From: an uncultured delta proteobacterium
GTDB taxonomy: Bacteria; Myxococcota_A; Polyangia; Fen-1088
DNA length: 64,000 bases
Assembly (NCBI GenBank): GCA_963767925.1
Contig: CAVYGB010000010.1
Coordinates: 928,001-992,000, forward strand
Direction: 5' to 3'
In this document: piece after piece, positions 57,137 to 64,000 of the stretch
Numbering within the stretch: the stretch's first letter is position 1
How the letters are laid out: every line of letters begins with the position of its first letter
The notes under the pieces: generated by a model
What the model saw: the letters and a program-made list of their open reading frames with translations, nothing else
Databases searched by the model: none
What the model was told of the DNA's origin: nothing
Position numbers and translations under genes: made by a program

Positions 57137-58311
57137 AGCCGCGGCTGGCGGTGGCGGCTGCCGCCCTCGCCGGCGCGCTCATGACCGCCCGCGCGGCGGC
57201 CCCCGCCGACGGTGGGCTCACGGGGCCCTGGGCCGGTGCGCGCCCCTGGCTGGCGACCCACGGCCTGCTGATCGAGCCGGCGCTGACCGCCGAGGCCTTC
57301 GCCAATGTGCGCGGCGGCCTGCAGCCCGGCCGGACCGGCCTGCGGGGAACCGCCGAGCTGGTCCTGAGCTTCGACACCGAGCCCCTGCTGTGGCCCGGCG
57401 GGCGCGCCGTGGCCTATCTGCAGGCGGGGGTGGGCCCGGGCATCAGCGAACGCGGAACGGGGGCGGTCCAGACCTTTGGCAACCTCGAGGCACGCGACCT
57501 GGCCCAGGTCAGCGAGGCCTTCTTCGAGCAGCGCTTGCTCGGAGGACGCCTGATGCTCGCGGCCGGGCGCCTCGACGCCAACCGGGACTTCGGCACGCCC
57601 AGGAACGCGACCGACTTCCTCAACGGCTCTTTTGGCGTGCCGCCGACCGTCCCCATGCCGTCTTTTCCCGACCCCGCCCTGGCCGTCGTCGCCATGGCCG
57701 AGGCGAACCGCCGGGTCATGCTCCGGGCGGGGATCTACGATGGGCGGGTGACGGCGGAGCAGCTCGGTCGCACCGGGGGCGTCTTCGCGGTCGCTTCGGT
57801 GGTGCTGCGCTGGGCGTTTGGTCCGACCCAGCCCGCCGGCTTCCTGGGCTTCGGGGCCTGGCACCACACCGCCAGAACGACAACCGGGACGCTGGCCACC
57901 GCCCCGGGCCGGGCGGGCGGGACGGGCGCCTCCGGCCTCTATGGCCTGGCCGGCCAGCGGCTCTTCGAGCTGCCCGGGTCTCCATCGGCCGGACTGTTCG
58001 CCTTCGCCCGCGCCGGCTCGACCCCGGACAGCGGCGCCGCCGTCTCGACTTTCGGCGCGCTCGGCCTGGTCCTGCGCGACTTCGCCCCCGGCCGGCATGA
58101 CGCCGCGGGCCTCGGATGGTCGCGCGTGGGGTTGCCGCTCAGCTCGCGTGGGCTTCGCGCCGGCGCGCACGAGACCGTCCTCGAGGCCTTTGCGCGCGCA
58201 CAGCTCGCGCCCGCCCTGCATCTGCAGCCCGACCTCCAGTATGCGTTCACGCCGGGCGGCGACCTGCCCGACAGCCTGGCGTTCGGCCTGCGGCTGGTGG
58301 CCGCCCTGTGA
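57133..58311 (+). CDS. Carbohydrate-selective porin (OprB family)
   Basis: GLTGPWAGARPWL..HG, ANVRGG, EAFFEQ, GRLDANRDF, FLNGSFG, ETVLEAF, LQPDLQY..TPGG. Confidence 0.85.
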   Translation: MKPRLAVAAAALAGALMTARAAAPADGGLTGPWAGARPWLATHGLLIEPALTAEAFANVRGGLQPGRTGLRGTAELVLSFDTEPLLWPGGRAVAYLQAGVGPGISERGTGAVQTFGNLEARDLAQVSEAFFEQRLLGGRLMLAAGRLDANRDFGTPRNATDFLNGSFGVPPTVPMPSFPDPALAVVAMAEANRRVMLRAGIYDGRVTAEQLGRTGGVFAVASVVLRWAFGPTQPAGFLGFGAWHHTARTTTGTLATAPGRAGGTGASGLYGLAGQRLFELPGSPSAGLFAFARAGSTPDSGAAVSTFGALGLVLRDFAPGRHDAAGLGWSRVGLPLSSRGLRAGAHETVLEAFARAQLAPALHLQPDLQYAFTPGGDLPDSLAFGLRLVAAL

Positions 58312-58493
58312 GCCCTCGTCGATTTCGGAGCGCCTTCTCATCGATAGTGGGGAGTGGCGATCGCCGTACGCGCGACCAAGCTTGCGGCACCTCGACAACG
58401 CGGCAGGTCCGTGTGCGGGAGCCATATGCCCGGCAGCGGGAGCTATTCCAGGAAAAGTGCCCAGGCAACCTTTTGCGACCAGGAATGAGAGAG

Positions 58494-60098
58494 ATGAACA
58501 TGCGCGCCACCTGCACCGGAATTCTCGTCATGACCCTCTCGGCTTGCGCCTCCGGAGGGGGATTGGCTCGCAAGGACGTCCTCCAGCAATACGAGCCCAT
58601 CGCCCGCCTGAGCCGCAGCGTGAGCGCTGCCCAGGCCCAGGACGCGGAGCTCCTGGCTCCCTCGGGATTCGCGGCGCTGCAGACCACCCTCGAGCGCGCG
58701 GTGGAGGCGGCGCAAAAGGCTCAGAAGGAATCGGCGCTCGGGCACGCCGATCAGGGTCTCGGCATGCTCCCCAGGCTGGACACCGACATGGCGAAGGCCT
58801 GGGATGAAATGCAGAGCGTGATGAGCACCCGCCAGCGCGCCGACGTGGCCGGTGCCCAGGGATTGTTCCACGCTAGGTTCGAGGGGGCCGACCGCGCCCT
58901 GCGCGAAACCTCTGCCATGCTCGAGCGGGGCGAGGTGAACGCCGCCCGCGCGCGGCGGCCCGATTTGATGGAAAGGTACGCCGGTCTCGAGCTGGAGGCC
59001 CTGACACGTGGGTCGCTGGACGCGGCGAAGGCGGCGATCGCCCGGGCCAAAGATCGCGGCGCCCGCGAGCACGCCTCGGCCCTGATCAAGCAGGCGAGCC
59101 AGGAGCTCGATCTGGTCAGCGCCGTCCTCGAGGCCGACCGCACCCAGACCGACAAGGCCAACGAGCACGCCCGGCGCGCCATCTGGCTGGCCCAGCGTTC
59201 GGAGGCGGTCACCGATCTGGCGAAGATGTTCAAGGCGCGCAAGTTCGACGCCGAGGACCTGGTCCTGTGGCACCAGGACCAGCTCGACTACATCAACGAG
59301 CCGCTCGATCAGTCCTTGCCTTTCAACGAGCCGGACCGGGTCGTCGCGCAGACCATGCGCCGCAGCCTGGAGTCGCTCCTCGAGGCCCAGACCCACTCGC
59401 GAACGCTCATCGAGAGTCTGACCTCGCAGGTGGCCGGCCTCCGGGCCAAGACGGACGACCAAAACTTCCGACACGAAAAGCAGGTGGCCAGTCTGGTCGA
59501 GAGCGAGCGACGCCACTTGCAGCAGCAGCGCGAGGCGAAAAGCGGCGAGGTGTCCGCGCTGGTCGACAAGCACAGGGCGGAGCTCGCCCGGCTGGCCAAG
59601 CGCTACCAGGGCGAGCTGTCGGCCAAGGACGAGTCGGAGCGCCTCCGGGACGAGGGCGAAGCCCGGTACCGCTACGTCCAGTCCCTGTTCAGCGAGAGCG
59701 AGGCGGTCGTGGTGCGGCAGAACGACGACGTCCTGATCCAGGCGCACGGTTTTTCCTTCATTCCCGGGCGGTCGGAGGCCGAGTCCCGCAACTTCGGGCT
59801 GCTCAACAAGATCGAAACGGCCATCCAGCGCTTTCCAGGCAGCCGGGTGGCGGTCAGCGGACATACGGACTCGCTGGGCGGGCCCCAGTTCAACCTCGCA
59901 CTATCCAGCCGACGCGCCGCAGGAGTGGCCGAATTCCTGACCAAGGTGGCGAAGATTCCCCCGGAACGCGTCAGCTCCGAGGGGCTCGGCGAGAGCCGAC
60001 CCCTGGCGAGCAACGAGACCTCCGAAGGGCGGGCTCAGAACCGGCGCATCGAGGTCCGGATCATCAACGCCCCGGTGGTCGAGAGCAGCCTGAAGTGA
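58494..60098 (+). CDS. OmpA-family peptidoglycan-binding lipoprotein with long helical N-region
   Basis: Lipobox LSAC. C-terminal VSGHTDSLG...NLALSSRRA...GLGESRPLASNET.EGRAQNRRIEV. Confidence 0.88.
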   Translation: MNMRATCTGILVMTLSACASGGGLARKDVLQQYEPIARLSRSVSAAQAQDAELLAPSGFAALQTTLERAVEAAQKAQKESALGHADQGLGMLPRLDTDMAKAWDEMQSVMSTRQRADVAGAQGLFHARFEGADRALRETSAMLERGEVNAARARRPDLMERYAGLELEALTRGSLDAAKAAIARAKDRGAREHASALIKQASQELDLVSAVLEADRTQTDKANEHARRAIWLAQRSEAVTDLAKMFKARKFDAEDLVLWHQDQLDYINEPLDQSLPFNEPDRVVAQTMRRSLESLLEAQTHSRTLIESLTSQVAGLRAKTDDQNFRHEKQVASLVESERRHLQQQREAKSGEVSALVDKHRAELARLAKRYQGELSAKDESERLRDEGEARYRYVQSLFSESEAVVVRQNDDVLIQAHGFSFIPGRSEAESRNFGLLNKIETAIQRFPGSRVAVSGHTDSLGGPQFNLALSSRRAAGVAEFLTKVAKIPPERVSSEGLGESRPLASNETSEGRAQNRRIEVRIINAPVVESSLK

Positions 60099-60234
60099 AC
60101 GCGACCGGACCTGCCCGCCGGTAGGCTCCGGGGGGGCCGGAGGCGCCCGGCAAGGAACCGCCGGCGGCCGGCCGGTCGTCAGGGGCCAACGGCGCGTGCC
60201 GGTGGGCAGTTTCGGACGTAAGGTCCACTGACTC

Positions 60235-62040
60235 ATGGCTTCGAGGATCGAGGACTACGCGCTGCTGGGGGACTGCCAGGGCTCCGCCCTGGTGGCGAAA
60301 GACGGATCGATCGACTGGCTGTGCCTGCCGCGGTTCGATTCACCTGCCTGCTTCGCTGCCCTCCTGGGCAGCCCCGAAAACGGGCGCTGGTTGATCACGC
60401 CCGTGGGCCAGATCCAGCAGGTTAGCCGCCGGTACCGCGACGGAACCATGGTCCTCGAGACCACCTACCAGACCGAGGAGGGCTCCGTCACGGTCATCGA
60501 TCTGATGCCGCTGCGAAGCGCGGTGCCCGACCTGCTCCGGATGGTCGTCGGCACGCGCGGAGCGGTCCGCATGCGCATGGAGCTGGTGGTCCGGTTCGAT
60601 TACGGCTCGATCGTCCCCTGGGTGCAGCGGACCGAGGACGGCATGCAGGCGATCGCCGGCCCCGACCGGCTGCGCCTGACCACGCCGGTCGAGACCCACG
60701 GAGAGAACCTGCACACGGTATCGGACTTCGTCGTCCGCGAGGGAGACCGCATCCCGTTCCTGCTGACCTGGACGCCCTCACACGCGCCGGCGGTGGCGCC
60801 CCTCGACCCGGAGGCGGCGATCGAGCAGACCACCGCGGACTGGCGGGCCTGGTCCAGCCGGTGCGTGTATTCGGGCCGGCACGCCGCCCTCGTCAAGCGC
60901 TCGCTGCTGACGCTCAAGGCGCTGACCTACGCCCCCACCGGGGGCATCGTCGCCGCTGCGACCACCTCGTTGCCCGAGCACCTGGGCGGCATCCGGAACT
61001 GGGACTACCGCTTCTGCTGGCTGCGCGATGCCGCCCTGACCCTCTATGCGCTGATGAGCGTGGGCTACCAGGACGAGGCCCAGGCCTGGCGCGACTGGCT
61101 CCTGCGGGCGGTGGCCGGCAATCCGGCCCGGGTCCAGATCCTCTACGGCCTGAGGGGACACCGCCGGCTGCCCGAAGCGACGCTGCCCTGGCTCCCCGGT
61201 TACGAAGGCTCGGCGCCGGTCCGCATCGGCAACGCCGCCTCGGAGCAGCTCCAGCTCGACGTCTACGGCGAGGTGATGGGAGCGCTGTTCGTCGCCCAGA
61301 CGCGAGGCCTCGCCTCGCAGGAACCGTCCTGGGCCTTGCAGACCAAGATGATGGAGTTCCTCGAACGACACTGGGACGAGCCCGACGAGGGGATCTGGGA
61401 GATCCGGGGGCCGCGCCAGCACTTCACGCATTCCAAGATCATGGCCTGGCTGGCGTTCGATTGCGCGGTCAAGAGCATCGAGCGGTTCGGCCTGCCTGGC
61501 CCGGCCGACCGCTGGAGCGCCGTGCGCCAGCAGATTCACGATTCGGTGTGCGCGAGAGGGTTCGATCGCGAGCTGGGCTCCTTCGTGCAGGCTTACGGCC
61601 GCCGAGACCTGGACGCGAGCCTGCTGATGATCCCGCTGGTGGGGTTCCTGCCGGCGACCGATCCGCGCGTGGTGGGGACGGTGGCGGCCATCGAACGCGA
61701 CCTGATGCGAGACGGCTTCGTGGCCCGCTACCGGAGCGAATCCGACGTGGACGGCCTGCCGGCGGGCGAAGGGGCCTTTCTTCCCTGCACCTTCTGGCTG
61801 GTGGACAACTATGCCCTGCAGGGACGAACCACCGAGGCCCACGCGCTCTTCGACCGGCTGATCGGCCTGTGCAACGACGTTGGGTTGCTGTCCGAGGAGT
61901 ACGACCCGGTCGCCGGCAGGATGCTGGGCAATTTTCCCCAGGCCTTCACCCACGTGGCCCTGGTCAACAGTGCGCTCGATCTGGCCCGGTCGGACGGTCT
62001 CCTGGCAGGGGTTCCACCTCCCTCCGGCCAGCAGCCATGA
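60235..62040 (+). CDS. Glycoside hydrolase family 15 (glucoamylase/trehalase)
   Basis: IEDYALLGD, IVAAATTSLPE..GG.RNWDYRFCWLRDA, QLDVYGE, GLLSEEYD, GNFPQAFTH. Confidence 0.95.
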   Translation: MASRIEDYALLGDCQGSALVAKDGSIDWLCLPRFDSPACFAALLGSPENGRWLITPVGQIQQVSRRYRDGTMVLETTYQTEEGSVTVIDLMPLRSAVPDLLRMVVGTRGAVRMRMELVVRFDYGSIVPWVQRTEDGMQAIAGPDRLRLTTPVETHGENLHTVSDFVVREGDRIPFLLTWTPSHAPAVAPLDPEAAIEQTTADWRAWSSRCVYSGRHAALVKRSLLTLKALTYAPTGGIVAAATTSLPEHLGGIRNWDYRFCWLRDAALTLYALMSVGYQDEAQAWRDWLLRAVAGNPARVQILYGLRGHRRLPEATLPWLPGYEGSAPVRIGNAASEQLQLDVYGEVMGALFVAQTRGLASQEPSWALQTKMMEFLERHWDEPDEGIWEIRGPRQHFTHSKIMAWLAFDCAVKSIERFGLPGPADRWSAVRQQIHDSVCARGFDRELGSFVQAYGRRDLDASLLMIPLVGFLPATDPRVVGTVAAIERDLMRDGFVARYRSESDVDGLPAGEGAFLPCTFWLVDNYALQGRTTEAHALFDRLIGLCNDVGLLSEEYDPVAGRMLGNFPQAFTHVALVNSALDLARSDGLLAGVPPPSGQQP

Positions 62041-63356
62041 GGACGAACGCGACGGCGCGCCTGCCCGGGCTGGCGGGCACCCCGGAGCGAGCCAAAACGC
62101 TCTTCTCCTGTCACGACTGCGGGACCGTCCAGCGGGCGCCCCGGACCGACACCTGGGCGACGCTGCGCTGCTGGCAATGCGGGGCAATCCTGGCGCGGGC
62201 GGCGAGCCTCCGCCTGGAGGGAGCGCTGGCCCTGTCCCTGGCGGCGCTCGTCCTGCTGGCGATCGCCAACGCCCTGCCCGTCGTGCGGATCGATCTGAAG
62301 GGGCACGAGACGGCCACCACCCTCATCGGCGCCACCCGGGTGCTCTGGGCGCATCAGAGGGCGCTCCTGGCCGCGCTCGTCTTCACCACGGCCATCCTGC
62401 TGCCGCTGGTCCAGGCCGCGGCGATGGCGTACCTCCTGGCCGCGCTCTCGCTGGGGAGAGCCCCGCAGGCCTTCGGAGCGCTCTCCCGCTGGCTGCACGC
62501 CATCCGGCCCTGGGCGCAGTCCGAGATCCTCGTCCTCGGGGTCATGGTGGCCCTGGGAAAGCTCGTCACCGTGGCCGAAGTGACCCCGGGGGTTGCCCTC
62601 TATTCCCTCGCAGCAGCCATCGTCCTGCTTGTTCCCGTGGGGGCCTTCTTCGACGGCGGGGCTCCCTGGCGCACGCTGGAAGCAAATCGGCGGACCTCCT
62701 CGGCCGGGTCCCGATCGCCCCCCCTCGTCGCCGACGGATCGGTCCCGGCAGGCCGGTCGGCGATGTTACCCTGCTGGTCATGCGGCTCCATCCAGCAGGA
62801 CCCGATCGCGGGCCCGGCGCCGTGCCCGCTCTGTGGCGCGGGCGTTCGTTCCCGCCGATCGAACAGCCTCCCTCGCGCCACCGCCTTCCTGCTGGCCGCC
62901 GCGATCCTGTACCTGCCTGCCAACCTGCTGCCCGTGATGCGCACGACGGCCATGTTCCAGACCCAGGACGACACCATCATCAGCGGCGTCCTGTTCCTCT
63001 GGAACACCGGCTCCTGGCCGCTTGCCGGGCTGGTCTTCCTGGCCAGCGTCGTCGTCCCGATCGGCAAGTTCCTGGCGCTGGGCCTGCTGGTCGTCACCTC
63101 CTGGCGGCGCTCGCTCTGGCGCCAACGAGAACGAACCCGGCTCTACCGGATGGTGGAGGCCGTGGGGCGCTGGTCGATGCTGGACGTCTACGTGGTCACG
63201 GTGCTGGCCGCCCTGGCCCGCGCCGAATCCCTGGCGTCCATCGAGGCGGGACCGGGGGCGCTGGCCTTCGGCGCCGTCGTGGTGTTCACCATGTGTGCCT
63301 CCCTGAGCTTCGATCCCCAAGCGATCTGGGATCGCCGAGGGCCTGTCCATGAATGA
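62037..63356 (+). CDS. pqiA: Paraquat-inducible protein A (two PqiA domains)
   Basis: CHDC/CWQC and CWSC/CPLC motifs, LYLPANLLPVM, DTIISGV, GRWSMLDVYVV, SFDP. Confidence 0.92.
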   Translation: MRTNATARLPGLAGTPERAKTLFSCHDCGTVQRAPRTDTWATLRCWQCGAILARAASLRLEGALALSLAALVLLAIANALPVVRIDLKGHETATTLIGATRVLWAHQRALLAALVFTTAILLPLVQAAAMAYLLAALSLGRAPQAFGALSRWLHAIRPWAQSEILVLGVMVALGKLVTVAEVTPGVALYSLAAAIVLLVPVGAFFDGGAPWRTLEANRRTSSAGSRSPPLVADGSVPAGRSAMLPCWSCGSIQQDPIAGPAPCPLCGAGVRSRRSNSLPRATAFLLAAAILYLPANLLPVMRTTAMFQTQDDTIISGVLFLWNTGSWPLAGLVFLASVVVPIGKFLALGLLVVTSWRRSLWRQRERTRLYRMVEAVGRWSMLDVYVVTVLAALARAESLASIEAGPGALAFGAVVVFTMCASLSFDPQAIWDRRGPVHE

Positions 63357-64000
63357 GCCCACCGAGCCCGGAGCGCCGCCTCCGGAGGAGCTGCGCGAGG
63401 CGGTGCCGGCGCCCCGCTCCCGCTTCCGACCTTCGCTGGTCTGGCTGACCCCGGTGGTGGCGGCGCTCATCGCCCTCTGGCTGGTCGCCCGGGCGTTCCT
63501 GGACGCTGGCCCCGAGATCACGGTGACCTTCCGGACGGCCGAGGGCCTGGAGATCGGCCGTACCCCCATCAAATACCGCAGTCTGGACGTCGGCACCGTC
63601 AGCGCCATCGACCTGACCGATGATCGGGCCGGCGTGGTGGTCACGGCCCGCATGAAGCCGAACGCCGCCCCGCTGCTGGTGGACGACACGTCCCTGTGGG
63701 TGGTTCGGCCCCGGGTCGCCCTCGCGGGCGTCTCCGGTCTCGGCACTCTGCTGGCCGGCTCCCACATCGCGCTCGATGCCGGAAAGTCAAAGGACAGGCG
63801 ACGCGCGTTTGCCGGGCTGGAGACTCCGCCCGCGATCCCGTCGGACGAACCGGGCCGCCCCTTCGTCCTGCGCTCGAGGGACCCCGGCTCGCTGGACGTC
63901 GGCTCACCGGTCTACTTCCGGCGATTTCGCGTGGGTCAGGTCACCTCCATCGCCTTCGACCGCGAGGGCGTGAGTCTGCGGGTCTTCATCCGTGCCCCTT
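63349..64000 (+). CDS. pqiB: Paraquat-inducible protein B / MCE-domain protein, runs off the window end
   Basis: MNEP...PSLVWLTP...GPEITVTFRTAEGLE.GRTPIKYRSLDVGTV...WVVRPRV...GSLDVGSPVYFR. Confidence 0.92.
   Translation, partial: MNEPTEPGAPPPEELREAVPAPRSRFRPSLVWLTPVVAALIALWLVARAFLDAGPEITVTFRTAEGLEIGRTPIKYRSLDVGTVSAIDLTDDRAGVVVTARMKPNAAPLLVDDTSLWVVRPRVALAGVSGLGTLLAGSHIALDAGKSKDRRRAFAGLETPPAIPSDEPGRPFVLRSRDPGSLDVGSPVYFRRFRVGQVTSIAFDREGVSLRVFIRAP

Noticed and set aside
58463..58476. AGGCAACCTTTTGC as a sigma-54 promoter for the OmpA gene
   Set aside because: GG-GC spacing is 9 nt rather than the required 10.

Overview
High-GC bacterial DNA. Gene content and protein style suggest a myxobacterium (Myxococcota); this is inference. 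Left to right: a catalase-like gene; a CarH/LitR-type B12-binding MerR regulator divergent from an ECF sigma factor plus UV-damage endonuclease uvsE, with candidate operator repeats between them; a disrupted glutamate-cysteine-ligase-like plus circularly permuted ATP-grasp pair; tamA-tamB; a USP; glgE-treS/mak-glgB; orphan receiver proteins; a DUF2254 protein; an S46 peptidase homologue that has lost its catalytic His and Ser; sthA; a carboxylesterase; a hybrid kinase; a PLD/cardiolipin synthase; a badly frameshifted, apparently chimeric transporter region (about 35.5-45.3 kb); a CheB-CheR-PAS-HisKA_3 kinase with a NarL-type regulator; a Cache-like / membrane P-loop ATPase / MscS operon divergent from two porins and an OmpA lipoprotein; GH15; pqiA and pqiB. 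Many single-base homopolymer frameshifts and abrupt gene junctions point to an error-prone long-read or metagenomic consensus, so the pseudogene calls may be artefacts. No rRNA, tRNA, CRISPR array or transposase was recognised. Best candidates for novelty: the B12-photoreceptor / ECF / UvsE module, the membrane ATPase-MscS operon and the S46 pseudopeptidase.
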